From NCBI GenBank assembly GCA_951406725.2, contig OX597821.1, forward strand, positions 13,640,001 to 13,704,000: a stretch of 64,000 nt of DNA, written 5' to 3'. Under the pieces are notes generated by a model. It was given only the letters and a program-made list of their open reading frames with translations, did not search any database and was not told the origin of the DNA. This document shows positions 1 through 14,601 of the stretch, piece after piece; the stretch's first letter is position 1, and the number at the start of each line of letters is the position of its first letter. Both the position numbers and the translations under genes were made by a program. Source of the stretch: Octopus vulgaris (taxonomy: Eukaryota).

Positions 1-259
1 AACTAAATATCTACCCATCCATTCTCTTACTCAGCTTCATCCGACCATCCCTCCCTCCATTTATCTACACCCCTTCCTTCTTACTGCCACACCAAACCAC
101 ATAACCACATATATATTCAAACATCTATCCATCTGTCTGTCATTGACTGTATATATAATTGGCCCTTTTCGTCTATGCAGACGGTCAATTTAGCATAGAG
201 GTCACTTAATCGAACATATCAGGGGCTCCCTTTCTTGCAGCTTCTTTCATGGCTGATTC

Positions 260-561
260 TTCCTATGACTGAAGCGCAGCTTCTGTCACAGATCTTGTAT
301 ACCAAGAGGGTGGTTCGGCGATCTGCATTTCTGTTGTTTTCCTTTCGCCGCTGACGCTTCTCAACTTAATTTTTCTGTAGCTGCTCTCTAGCGAAGCAGT
401 TCCTTCCTTCACCACAGTTCTCCTCAGCCCTCTCTTCCCAGGTGCTGACATCCACCTCACACTTGGACAAACTAGTTTTGCAAGTGTCCTTATACCTCAG
501 TTTTGGTCTTCCTCTTGGCCTCGTGCCCTGGGCCAGTTCTCCATAGAGCAGTTGCTTCGGG
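260..561 (-). mobile_element. RTE-clade LINE ORF2 C-terminal fragment, degenerate
   Basis: Translation PKQLLYGELAQGTRPRGRPKLRYKDTCKTSLSKCEVDVSTWEERAE is typical of the post-RT C-terminus of RTE-like LINEs; frameshifted. Confidence 0.8.
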
Positions 562-1056
562 ATATATATAAGACAAGAATATGGATGCAAAGAATCAAAC
601 AGAGCTCACAGTAAGCTACCCGACTGGTGTGTGGCTATCAAGAAAGACCGTGGTTCAAGCCAGGATGAAAGACGAATGAATGGCGTCGTTCTGAAAATCC
701 AGGAATCACAACGGTGAAAAGTATATATAATCATTGATCAGAGAAGTGAAGTGAAGTGAGAGAATAGATGTTTATTTCATTAGTTGACAGCTGTTTTGTA
801 ACTCATGTTAATTATATAATCGAGGCTACAGCAACCTTCATATATGTATAAATGAATATACATACATACATAAATATATAAATCACCGTTCGTAGTTTGA
901 AGCTCGGAGCAAAAGAAAAATTTAATTAAAACGACTTTCCGGTCGTTGTCCTTCTTAAAACATGAGTAGAAAGAGCAGAGGAAAGAAGAACCAAATGGAA
1001 GTAGAAGGTGTAATTGAAGTAAACGTACCCACTCTAAGCTTGTATGCGCATACACA

Positions 1057-1097
<41 letters not shown>

Positions 1098-1611
1098 TCT
1101 CTCTCCCTCTCTCTCCCTCTCTCTTTCACACACACAGGATTACATTTAAAAGGCTACTTATGGACTAGAAATCATTCTTAAAGGCTGCAAGGCAAGATTA
1201 TTACATTAAATATTAAGACAAATTCATTCGTTTCAAATGTTTCATTTATGAACTTCAAATAATGGTATTTATAGTTAAAAGTGAGAGAGTCTTTAAGATC
1301 ATTGGTTTTCTAAAAATAATTAAAGAAGATAAAGTAACTTTAAGTTATATTATGTAATGTATTATATTTTTATATTACATTCTATATATTCTAAAATTAT
1401 AATTTGTAATAAGACACTGCATTCATTCATCTTTTCTTTATCAATCTTAAGAAAACTTAGTTTACAAATAAATAAATATATATATAGGGAGAAAGAGAGA
1501 GAGAGAAAGTGAATATATATATATATATACAAAATAAGAAAATGGAGAAATACATCTAAATCAAATATCGATTACAAGATAATACCCAATCACAACCCCT
1601 ATCTCAATTTG

Positions 1612-1643
<32 letters not shown>

Positions 1644-2294
1644 ATATGTACACACTTATTTAAATGCAGGTAGTCATACATGTATACTTAAATATGCACC
1701 CACACGTACATACATATATACATATACACACACATACATACACACGCATACATACATATGTATAGACATGTATAGACTAGCTATATATAAGTAGATGTGT
1801 ATGTATTGTTTCAATGTGCGTATATCTGCTCAAGTGTATACACATTTTTATGTGTACTTGCTTTTTATGCCAGTCAGTATACATGTATATATAGCAAATT
1901 ATGTAATTATTTAGTCGTAAGAAAACATACATCCAGAGATAAATAGCTACCTAGATTAAGAGACAGTCAGACAGTTGAAAAAGCAGATAGATATGACAAT
2001 GATATAAACAGAATTTCTCGTCTGTATATTTGCTAGAATTATATGTTATTAATGGCGATATTAGTGTTTAACTATCAGTTGATGACTGCCACATATTCAT
2101 TATTCTATAATAGGTAGCTTTAAATTTATTGTAAACGAGTAACCAACAATAAATATGTCTTAATGATGATAATGAATGATAATTATATAACCTCTCTTTC
2201 GTTCTCTCTTCGTACACGCTCACACTCACTTTTCTATTTCTATTTACTCATAATTCATGCATGTATTCCTTAACGTCAATGTAGATATACAGTA

Positions 2295-2490
2295 AACTGG
2301 CAGAATCATTAGGACGCTGGGCAAAATGCTAAGCAGCATTTAGCCAGTGTTTACGTTCTGAGTTCGAATTCCGCCGGGGTCGACTATGCCTTTCATCCTT
2401 TCGTGGTCGATAAAATAAGTACCAGTTATCACTGGTGTCGATCTATCCCTTCCTCCAAAACTGCTGGCCTTGTATCAAAAAACTGAAAAC
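2295..2490 (+). mobile_element. SINE family A (tRNA-like head, Meta-like central domain), diverged
   Basis: A-box tggcagaatc, B-box gagttcgaattcc, core gcctttcatcctttcg.ggtcgataaaataagtaccag shared with many copies. Confidence 0.8.
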
Positions 2491-2514
2491 AGTATATATG
2501 TGTGTGCGCGTGTG

Positions 2515-2820
2515 TGGAGGCGCAATGGCCCAGTGGTTAGGGCAGCGGACTCCCGGTGGGAGGATCGCAGTTTCGATTCCCAGACCGGTCGTTGTGTGTG
2601 TTTATTGAATGAAAACACCTAAAAGCTTCACGAGGCTCAGGCAGGGGGTCGTTGCGACCCCTGTTGTACTCTTTCGCCACAACTTTCTCTCACTCTCTTA
2701 TCCTGCTTCTTGAGTAACGCTGCGATGGACTGGCGTCCCGTCCAGCTGGGGGGAACACATACGCCATAGAAACTGGGAAACAGGGCCCATGAGCCTGGCT
2801 AGGTTTGAAAAGGACGACGT
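2515..2820 (+). mobile_element. SINE family C (tRNA-derived head), short-tail form
   Basis: Head tggaggcgcaatggcccagtggttagggcagcggac...ttcgattcc; tail gcgatggactggcgtcccgtccag; copies at 33342 and 46901. Confidence 0.85.
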
Positions 2821-2825
2821 TTATC

Positions 2826-2860
<35 letters not shown>

Positions 2861-3459
2861 CATACACTAACACACATGTGTGTGTGCACGTGTGCATGTG
2901 ATTGTGTGCGCATGCATACTTGTATATAATATATTTATAATTTATAATATATATGTAAATACATGTGTCTGCACATATACAGACGCACAAACATATATGT
3001 ATGTATGCATGCATGTATGTTTGCATATATGTATGTATATATGTATGCATGTATGTATGTATGTATGTATGTATGTATGCATGCATGCATGCATGTATGT
3101 TTGCATATATGTATGTATATATGTATGAATGTATTATGTAAGTCTTCTCTTGGCATTGTGAACTGCTGAATATATTGATTATTAATTTTGCGTTCATAAA
3201 TGTTTTCGTCTGCGCACGGTAAATGATTTGAGATATGCCTTGTAAATTTGCATATGCAAAACAGCATGAGCAAGCGTGTGTGTGTTAATTTACGACGTGA
3301 GTACACATGAGTATTAATGTACCATTGTACAGGTGCGTGCATATGTCTATGTCTCTCTACTAACATTTAATATATGCAGGTATATGCGGACCAGTCTACG
3401 TTTTGATACCATACACACACACATATATATATATAATATATATGTGACCTCGTGTGTAC

Positions 3460-3650
3460 CGTTGGCGATTTTTTTCCTCTGTCTTCCCTTCTCTGGATCT
3501 TTCCTTCTCCTATGTTTCCGACGAAGAGCTCCGCTCGAAACGTTAAACCCTCCTTCTTCCCTTCTTTCCTGAGCGTCCAATAATGCTATATTTGTTCCAC
3601 GTCCTCGCGTTGTTGTGTTTTTTTGTGTTTTCTTGTTTGGATTAACTTTA
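3460..3650 (+). mobile_element. PLE pseudo-LTR-like fragment with variant minimal hammerhead (3514-3548)
   Basis: gttt CCGACGA a gagc-tcc-gctc GAAA cgtt a aac, then pyrimidine-rich tail and (TA)n; related to copies at 6364, 8152, 9404, 21822 and 27526. Confidence 0.6.
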
Positions 3651-3705
3651 TATGTATATATATATGTGTGTGTGTGTGTATAGGAGTTTACGTATTACCT
3701 ATAAG

Positions 3706-3948
3706 TAATACTAAGTAATTAGTGTTTAGCAACGAATTGCCTCACCAACACACCGAATTTAGAAATAGCTTTTAGTAGAAGGAATAGCTATATCTCTTTG
3801 ACTGCTATTTCTAAATTCGGTGTGTTGGTGACAATTCGTTGCTAAACCCTTAATTACTTAGTATTAAAATTTTCCTCGAATGGGGCTTTTACATGCCGAA
3901 ATCTACTTGGTGTAATTGATAATTATCCCTAATTAATTAATTTCATGT

Positions 3949-3950
<2 letters not shown>
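3706..3950. repeat. Fold-back element with ~63-bp inverted arms (3706-3769 / 3804-3866)
   Basis: taatactaagtaatt...ttagaaatagc is the reverse complement of gctatttctaa...ttacttagtatta; related single-arm copy at 53020-53205. Confidence 0.85.
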
Positions 3951-4036
<86 letters not shown>

Positions 4037-4090
4037 GTATGTATATATGTATGTATATATGTATGTATGTATGTAGGTATGTATGTTTGT

Positions 4091-4231
4091 ATATGAAAAA
4101 AATTAATACAAATGGCTTTTCTGATACTTTTTTTCCACTTTAATAATTAGGTGTTTATAAAAACTTATAAACATTTAATTATTAAAGTGGAAATATAATC
4201 AGAAAAACGATTTTTATTCATTTTTTCATAT
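4091..4231. repeat. Imperfect ~140-bp AT-rich palindrome
   Basis: ttccactttaataattaggtgtttataa-aaac-ttataaacatttaattattaaagtggaa; outer arms atatgaaaaaa/ttttttcatat. Confidence 0.8.
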
Positions 4232-4274
4232 ATATAATACTGTACTAAGGATTTTCTATTTCTTCTTCTACTCA

Positions 4275-4479
<205 letters not shown>

Positions 4480-5273
4480 AATATAGGTGTGTACATGTGC
4501 ACATATGTGCTATGAGTGCGTTTGTAACTGTGTAATTGCTTGTGTGGTATGTGGGCGTATGTGTGGGTTTACACTTTGCCTTCGTGTATGCGTGTCTATC
4601 TATGCATATGAACGTTAGTGAAAGGGATGAAAGAGAGTGAGAGAAAGAGTGGGAAAATGAAGGGGTATGTGTGCGTGCGTGCGCGTGTGTGTGTGTGTAT
4701 GTTTGTGTGTGTAAACGTGTGTACGTGTGAGACACGTCAGTAGTAAAACTAAAATGTCATTCAACGAACTCTCTCGTGAAGAAGTTGCATTCTTTAGATA
4801 AGAAACACACAATACAATAGAAAGAGAAACATCAAGACACATTTGCATTTTAAGCATGTGCAACTATTGCACTCACCAACCTTGTTTTAGGATGAGTGCA
4901 TGTACTGACATGCAGTCATCTCTCACAACAAGTCTTGCAGTAAAAATCATCAAAACACTGACACTCGGCACGTACTTGCAACATGCAGAGCCATTTTCCA
5001 ACGAAGAACGTCTATCAACGTCTGAGGAATTGTTCACTGCATGTGGTTGGATGGTTGGATGGATGGATGGATGGATGGATGGATGGATGGATGGATGGAT
5101 GGATGGATGGATGGATGGATTGATGGATGGATGGATGGATGGATGGATGGATGGATGGATGGATGGATGGATGGATGGATGGATGGATGGATGGATAGAT
5201 GGATGGTGGAGATAAATATAGATGGATGGGTAGATACGTACTTAACAATGTATAGAGATAGCTAAATAGGATT

Positions 5274-5957
<684 letters not shown>

Positions 5958-5964
5958 ATTTATA

Positions 5965-6098
<134 letters not shown>

Positions 6099-6363
6099 TA
6101 TATATTTATCTGCAGAAGAGTTCAGTGTAATCCATGAGCAGGAGAGGTGTAGCTGAAGTCTACGAGAGTAGAAAGTCCAGGTAGAGAATTCAGGTAGAAT
6201 AGTCCAGTGTGAAAGGTGTAGAAAATCCAAGAAAAGTTCGTCCCCTTCTTCCTACCTCTCCTGTGTGACCCCTCTGTCCAGCATTCGACATGATAGATCG
6301 TTAGTCACTAAACTTTTTCTATTTTCTATTTTCTGTTTTCTTTCCCTGTTTATTTTTGTGTTC

Positions 6364-6401
6364 CTGTCTGTGAAAGAGCGTAGGCTCGAAACGTAAAAGA
6401 C
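6364..6401 (+). ncRNA. Variant minimal hammerhead motif in pLTR-like repeat (duplicate at 8152-8187)
   Basis: CTGTGAA a gagc-gtag-gctc GAAA cg TA aaag; core deviates from CUGANGA. Confidence 0.45.
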
Positions 6402-6586
6402 TTTCTCACTTCCCAAGCGTTAAACTAATACGTCAGTTTATTGTTTACACACCCGTCTTCGTCCTATGTTTTTTTGTTGTTGTTTTTTTTTTGTAAATTC
6501 TCACTATTTATATTTATATATACATGCATATGCATGCATATTCAAATACTTGTGTGTGAGTGTGTGAGTGTGTGTGTGTGAGTGTA

Positions 6587-6623
<37 letters not shown>

Positions 6624-6715
6624 GTGAAGATAGATAGCTAGAAAAAGAGAGGACAGACAGAGAGAGAGATATAAATAAATACATATATACATACATACAT
6701 ACATACATACATACA

Positions 6716-6747
<32 letters not shown>

Positions 6748-7013
6748 GATGCACGACTGCTAATGTTGAGTCTAGAGCACCACGTAGATTATCATGACGC
6801 AGTTTGCTTCCAGTATTGTCGCTAAGTTCGTACTAAGTGATATTTCTGGTTATGATATTTACGATATATCTGAACTGGATGTTCCAAGAGCAGATGTATG
6901 ATTAACTACAGCGGATTATCAAGGGAACATTTTATTGTATTATGTTATAGACAACAGGTCAGTAACGATATAAACTTGTTGTTTATTATTCATGTGTGTG
7001 AGAGTACGTGTGC

Positions 7014-7112
<99 letters not shown>

Positions 7113-7127
7113 CATATATATATATAT

Positions 7128-7337
7128 ACTTTTTTACTCTTTTACTTGTTTCAGTCATTTGACTGCGGCCATGCTGGAGCACCGCCTTTAGTCGATCAAA
7201 TCGATCCCGGGACTTATTCTTTGTAAGCCCAGTACTTATTCTATCGGTCTCTTTTGCCGAACCGCTAAGTGACGGGGACGTAAACACACCAGCATCGGTT
7301 GTCAAGCAATGCTAGGGGGACAAACACACACACACAA

Positions 7338-7388
<51 letters not shown>

Positions 7389-7550
7389 TACGACAGGCTT
7401 CTTTCAGTTTCCGTCTACCAAATCCACTCACAAGGCATTGGTCAGCCCGGGGCTATAGCAGAAGACACTTGCCCAAGATGCCACGCAGTGGGACTGAACC
7501 CGGAACCATGTGGTTGGTTAGCAAGCTACTTACCACACAGCCACTCCTAT
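7128..7550 (-). mobile_element. SINE family B (tRNA-like head, CORE-like segment, internal microsatellite)
   Basis: Reverse complement of ggagtggctgtgtggtaagtagc...ggttcagtccc...cttgggcaagtgtcttc...gaaacaagtaaaagagtaaaa; head-less copy at 5546-5745. Confidence 0.9.
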
Positions 7551-7590
7551 ATATATATATAATTTTTTTTTGTATATGCATATACAAAAA

Positions 7591-7627
<37 letters not shown>

Positions 7628-7628
7628 C

Positions 7629-7675
<47 letters not shown>

Positions 7676-7781
7676 AAAATTAATATAAGCAGCTAGGTGC
7701 AATATGATCCCCATGAAGGATATATATCCACTTGTCCATCCATCCATCTGCTTACCTACATACATATCAACCTGCCTATAC

Positions 7782-7876
<95 letters not shown>

Positions 7877-8793
7877 TATATATTTATCTGCAGAAGAGTT
7901 CAGTGTAATCCATGAGCAGGAGAGGTGTAGCTGAAGTGTACGAGAGTAGAAAGTCCAGGTAGAGAATCCAGGTAGAATAGTACAGTGTGAAAGGTGTAGA
8001 AAATCCAAGAAAATCCAAGAAAAGTTCTTCCCCTTCTTCCTACCTCTCCTGTGTGACCCCTCTGTCCAGCATTCGACATGATAGATCGTTAGTCACTAAA
8101 CTTTTTCTATTTTCTATTTTCTGTTTTCTTTCCCTGTTTATTTTTGTGTTCCTTTCTGTGATAGAGCGTAGGCTCGAAACGTAAAAGACTTTCTCACTTC
8201 CCAAGCGTTAAACTAATACGTCAGTTTATTGTTTACACACCCGTCTTCGTCCTATGTTTTTTGTCGTTTTTTTTTTGTAAATTCTCACTATATATATTTA
8301 TATATACGTGCATAAGCATGCATATTCAAATACTTGTGCGTGAGTGTGTGAGTGTGTGTGTGTGTGAGTGTATGTGTGTGTGTGTGTGCGCGTGTGTGTG
8401 TGTGTGTGAAGATAGATAGCTAGAAAAAGAGAGGAGAGACAGAGAGAGAGATAAATAAATACATACATACATACATACATACATACATACATACATACAT
8501 ACATACATACATACATACATACATACAGATGCACGACTGCTAATGTTGAGTCTAGAGCACCACGTAGATTATCATGACGCAGTTTGCTTCCAGTATTGTC
8601 GCTAAGTTCGTACTAAGTGATATTTCTGGTTATGATATTTACGATATATCTGAACTGGATGTTCCAAGAGCAGATGTATGATTAACTACAGCGGATTATC
8701 AAGGGAACATTTTATTGTATTATGTTATAGACAACAGGTCAGTAACGATATAAACTTGTTGTTTATTATTCATGTGTGTGAGAGTACGTGTGC

Positions 8794-8857
<64 letters not shown>

Positions 8858-8900
8858 ATATATACACACATATATATGTATATATATATATATATATGTA

Positions 8901-9117
8901 CGCGGAGGTGCTGGAAAGTTCCTGGCTTTGGGTAAAAGAAAATACAGGAGAATTGGTTAATTATGATTTTATCTACTGTACTCCCCTCTCAGATTCACAC
9001 ACCAAGTGCAGCGGACATTCAGTTTTTCTAAGCGCTTGGAAAGAATTCGGAAGTTTAGGCCTTCAATTAGACCTTTCATGATAGCGATAAAGCCAGGAGC
9101 TTTTCAGCACACCTTCG
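8901..9117. mobile_element. Mariner-like MITE
   Basis: TA flanks; imperfect TIRs cgcggaggtgctggaaagttcctggcttt / aaagccaggagcttttcagcacaccttcg; sister copy at 29817-30030. Confidence 0.75.
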
Positions 9118-9148
9118 TATGTAGTTTATACACACACACGCGCACACA

Positions 9149-9222
<74 letters not shown>

Positions 9223-9230
9223 TATACATA

Positions 9231-9305
<75 letters not shown>

Positions 9306-9309
<4 letters not shown>

Positions 9310-9450
9310 AGAATTCAGAAAAAACAAAAGACGAGGACAGGGGGTGTAGACAACAAACACATGTATTATATGTATTAGTATAACGCTCGGGAAGTGAAAA
9401 AGTTTTTAACGTTTCGAGCCTACGCTCTTCCACAGAAAGGAACATAAATA
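9306..9450 (-). mobile_element. pLTR-like repeat with variant hammerhead (9404-9439)
   Basis: Reverse complement cttt CTGTGGA a gagcgtaggctc GAAA cgt TA aaa; abuts (TA)n. Confidence 0.6.
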
Positions 9451-9759
9451 AAGAATGTGTGGTGGCTAGCGATCTATCATGAAAGCATTTTAGGTTGGTG
9501 CACCGGCTTGGCCGCAGTCCAATGTCCGAAACAAGTAAAAAGTAGAAAGCCTATTCAATGCATTAAATATGTTAGTAATCTTGATGAAGCCATACATTTA
9601 AAATGAAAACGAGACGTTCATTTCCGGTATAAAATTAAAGTGACTTAACATATTTTACAAAACTAAGTTAAGTTTCAATAGCATGAGAAACTGGTTCCAA
9701 AATTTAATGTTTAGGCATCTGTAACTGTACACGCAACATTTGTGCAATGTTTGTTGTTT

Positions 9760-10140
9760 GGCACGACGGGCGGCGAAATGCTTAACAGTATTTCGTCTGC
9801 CGACGAGTTCTGAGTTCAAATTCCGCCGAGATCGACTTTGCCTTTCATCCTTTCGGGGGCGATTAAATAAGTACCAGTTACGCACTGGGGTCGATATAAT
9901 TGACTTAATCCGTTTGTCTATCCTTGTTTGTCCTCTCTGTATTTAGCCCCTTGTGAGTAGTAAAGAAATAGGCATTTCGTCTGCCGCTACATCCTGAGTT
10001 CAAATTCCGCTGAGGTCAACTTTGCCTTTCATCCTTTTGGGGTCGATAAATTAAGGACCAGTTGCATACTGGGGTCAATCTATTCGACTGGCCCCCCCTC
10101 CCGAAATCTTTCGGGCCTTGTGCCTAGAGTAGAAAAGAAT
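9760..10140 (+). mobile_element. SINE family A, tandem dimer
   Basis: Two bodies joined at aaagaaatag|gcatttcgtctgcc (~9970). Confidence 0.85.
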
Positions 10141-10234
10141 ATATTTGAGTCTGGTAGGTATTGGCCTCTTATGCCGAACAGCTAATTTACAGGACGTAAA
10201 TATACTAACACAAAGACACATACACATGCATACG

Positions 10235-10616
10235 TGGAGGCGCAATGGCCCAGTGGTTAGGGCAGCGGCTCGTGGTCATAGGATCGCGGTTTCGATTCCC
10301 AGACCGGGCGTTGTGAGTGTTTATTGAGCGAAAACACCTAAAGTTCCACGAGGCTCCGGCAGGGGATGGTGGTGATCCCTGCTGTACTCTTTAACCACAA
10401 CTTTCTCTCACTCTTACTTCCTGTTTCTGTTGTACCTGTGTTTCAAAGGGCCGGCCTTGTCACTCTCTGTGTCACGCTGAATATCCCCGAGAACTACGTT
10501 AAGGGTACACGTGTCTGCGGAGTGCTCAGCCACTTACACGTTAATTTCACGAGCAGGCTGTTCCGTTGATCGGATCAACCGGAACCCTCGTCGTCGTAAC
10601 CGACGGAGTGCTTCCA
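10235..10616 (+). mobile_element. SINE family C, long-tail form, full length
   Basis: Same head as 2515 with a different 3' half ending cgtcgtcgtaaccgacggagtgcttcca; inverted copy at 13627-14010. Confidence 0.9.
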
Positions 10617-11239
10617 TCCATCCACACATGCATACGTACAAACATGCGCATATGTATATATGCACATATAAATCTATGCAAGTATACACACACACACACA
10701 CACTCACACATACATACATACATTCACACGATGGGGCTCCACACGCCTTCCAGCTAACAAAAAAAAATTATCTTGCAAGTCATTGGTCGGCCAGCGGCTA
10801 TACCAGAAGGCACTTGCCCCGTGGTTAGACCGAACTCAAGAGCACGAGTTTCTTCACCACACAGCCTTAGCACGATTGTACAAGAATTCAGGGTTGTTTT
10901 GAAAAATGAACGATTTCAATAAGATTACCAAAATATTAGCACTAATTTAATCCCTAGGGAACAGAGAGAAGCAACTCTGTCTAACATTCGAAACTACAAG
11001 CTTGTCTCACTTTCTAGTTTTAATTATACTTCTTGAACAACGAATGAACGCCACATAATCAATCTACTTCCTCTGTCGTTTAAATTTTTGTGGGTTTACA
11101 TAAAGAATACACCAATCAATCATACCGTGTATTCATCGTGTACTGGAAAAATGAAATAGTTGGCAGCATGTACTTAGTTGATATATTGATGAAGAGAACG
11201 AGACAAGGTGGTGGTTGCTTAGTATATATATAAAAAAAA

Positions 11240-11282
<43 letters not shown>

Positions 11283-12426
11283 TATACAGATGGAGCTATG
11301 AAATCATAAAGTAGGTAAAAAAATCATCTGCCGTGATGTTTACACCAGCAGTACAATTTGTGTAGTGTGTGTGTGTTCCGCTCCAACAGTTTTCGCTAAT
11401 GACGGAAAGCAATGCATGTAATATAGAAACAAACAGAATGTGAGTGCGGTTGGTTGGTTGGTTGGTTGGTGGTGGGGCTTGCTTGAGAGACAAATAGATT
11501 AAAATCAACGAAGGCTTCCTTTTGTAGCAAAAACAAAAACAGTTTTGCTGTTTGCATGCGTGCAGGAGGAAGAAAGATCGAGGAGCTTTAGAAAAGGAAA
11601 GAGGGAAGAAGTGAATTAGAGAATGAAGGAGACATACATACATACATACATACATACACACATACATACATATATACATACACACATACATACATACATA
11701 CATACATACATACATACATACAAACATACATACATACATAAATATATATATAGATATAGATATGTACATGCATGTATACATATATTTGCGTATGTATTCA
11801 TATATATATGTGTGTGTGTGTGTGTGCGTGTGTGTGTGTGTGTGTATGTATGTGTCTACGTTTGTCTATTAATACGTTTGTGAGTATCTGTAGATGCGCA
11901 TGCGTGCGTATGTACTAATTACCATCTAAATATGGCGCCATTCACGGGTTTTAGGGTTCATTGAAACAAACGGAACTTTTGTTCTTATTTATTTTTGCGC
12001 GCGGGGGGGGGGGGATATGGGAGAGGTAAGGTGTGACAGCGGTGGTCGTGGAGGTATGGGTGAGTGTGTGGAATACGGTGGCAGTGACAGAGCCGCCATT
12101 AACGTTTTTGTGTTATGGACGCAGTAGAGGTGGGTATTGCGACGTTTGTATTGCTAATAGGGTGAAGTTTGTAACCAGCTAAATTTGGAAGTCTCTGGGG
12201 CTTTCGAGTAGTTCTAACGAACTAACACACGCTTAATATTGTTCTTGTTGTTGATAGCTGTGATGTGATGGTGGTGGTAGTGGTGGTGGTAATGTTGGAG
12301 GTACTGCTGGTGGGAATTTCAGGTTCCGATACAGCTTATTTCTCTTCTAAAAATGGCGCCGATTTGGAGTGGTTTTCATTCAATTATACACAGTTACATA
12401 CACATATTCGCGCGCGCTTTGGTGTA

Positions 12427-12469
<43 letters not shown>

Positions 12470-12595
12470 GTATATGTATATATATCGCAGTCATATTTAC
12501 CTTTACATTTTTATGAATATATTCATGTATATATGTGTGTCTCTGTAAATATGTGTGCGTATTTATACACAAATTTATCTATATATTTATACACG

Positions 12596-12650
<55 letters not shown>

Positions 12651-12727
12651 ATTTACACATACACACACACATACGCATATAATCATTGTCATAAATGTTA
12701 TTAATTTGTATGTACAGTGTATATACA

Positions 12728-12795
<68 letters not shown>

Positions 12796-12832
12796 TATAC
12801 ATATATATAGATGCAATCATATATATATATAT

Positions 12833-12905
<73 letters not shown>

Positions 12906-13231
12906 CACACACGCGCACATACTGATCATACATACAGATTGTTAATGTTATTTGTTGTTGCTATGACGATGGGATGCTAGAGGTGGCTGTGATTGGGAGG
13001 TGGCTTCAGTTATGATGAGAATGGTGATGAGGGTGATGAGGGTGATGATGGTGGTGAAGGTGGTGTTGGTCTGTGACGGCAAGATCTTAAGAGAAGCAAT
13101 GATGCCAGTTAAGAGTCTGGTCGATCGGGGGGGGGCAAGGGCAGGCGGGGAGGTTGTTATTGATGTCAATTATAGAAGGATCGGTATTGTTAAAGCGGAA
13201 GTATGAGGGTTTTGGTTGCTGCCCCTATTTT

Positions 13232-13280
<49 letters not shown>

Positions 13281-13626
13281 AGATAATGATGATGCTGCTG
13301 CTGTTGATGCCCGGTGCTCGTGGCGGCGGCGGTGACGGTGGTGGTGGTGGTCGTCGTGGTCGTGCTGGTCGTGATGACGATGGTGTTGACGGTGGCGATG
13401 GCGATGAAAGTGGCGCTGTTGGTGGTGGTGGTGGTGGTGAGGTGGTAGTGGTGGTGGTGGTGGTGGTGGTGGTGGTGGCGGTGGTTATGGTGGCAGCTTT
13501 TGCTAATTATTTATTTGTTTTATCTTTAAGCAGATATTGCTTTGGTTGTGCTTGTGGTCGGTCATGACAGTAAACGAAGTGCGTGGATGTGTGTGTGTGT
13601 GTGTGTGTGTGATTGTCTTTGTTCTG

Positions 13627-14010
13627 TGGAAGCACTCCGTCGGTTACGACGACGAGGGTTCCGGTTGATCCGAATCAACGGAACAGCCTGCTCGTGAAAT
13701 TAACGTGTAAGTGGCTGAGTACTCCACAGATACGTGTACCCTTAACGTAGTTCTCGGGGATATTCAGCGTGACACAGAGAGTGACAAGACCGGCCCTTTG
13801 AAATACAGGTACAACAGAAACAGGAAGTAAGAGTGAGAGAAAGTTGTGGTGAAAGAGTACAGCAGGGATCACCACCATCCACTGCCGGAGCCTCGTGGAG
13901 CTTTAGGTGTTTTCGCTCAATAAACACTCACAACGCCCGGTCTGGGAATTGAAACCGCGATCCTATGACCGCGAGTCCGCTGCCCTAACCAGTGGGCCAT
14001 TGCGCCTCCA
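13627..14010 (-). mobile_element. SINE family C, long-tail form, full length
   Basis: Near-identical reverse complement of 10235-10616. Confidence 0.9.
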
Positions 14011-14570
14011 CTGTCTTTGTTCTAGCATTACGACAACCATTTTCACTAGTACATTGCTTTTCACCGTCATCAGTTTACTATTATAATACACGTATTCATG
14101 GTATGAAGGTATGATGGTATGGTGGGATAATATTCTTGCCTGTTGTGGTAGTATTGGTTGTGGTATTGGTGGTAGTGAGTGTATGGCGCTGGTAATATTC
14201 CTGCCTACGTATTGGTACTGGTGATAGTGGTGGTGATGGTGATAGTGGTGGTGGTGGTGTATGTGTTGGTGGTGGTGGTGGTGGTAATAGTAATAGTGGG
14301 GGTGGGGTGAGGTTATTGTAACCAAAATAAGGATATTTGATATAAGGAAAGTTGGTGGTTGTTGTGGTCGTGTTGTTGTTGTTGTTGGTGGTGTTGGTGG
14401 TGGTGGTTGCGGTTGTTTTGGGGAGGTGTTGGGACCAAAATAAGGATGTTTGATTTAAGGAATCTTTGTAAAAATTATGTTTATTCCATTGTAATGTCGC
14501 GGTGTATGTATATACGTATCCGCGTTTGTTTGTAAGTTTATATGAGGGTGTGCAAGTGTGAATGTTTCTG

Positions 14571-14601
<31 letters not shown>

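Noticed and set aside
6813-6894. Possible 82-nt exon (IVAKFVLSDISGYDIYDISELDVPRAD)
   Set aside because: Moderate splice sites only, no recognisable homology
7299-7562. Recurrent '[19 protein letters not shown]' and '[18 protein letters not shown]' peptides
   Set aside because: Antisense translations of SINE families B and A, not genes
10235-10310. tRNA-like sequence
   Set aside because: SINE head continuing into a repeat body; no acceptor stem closure or terminator
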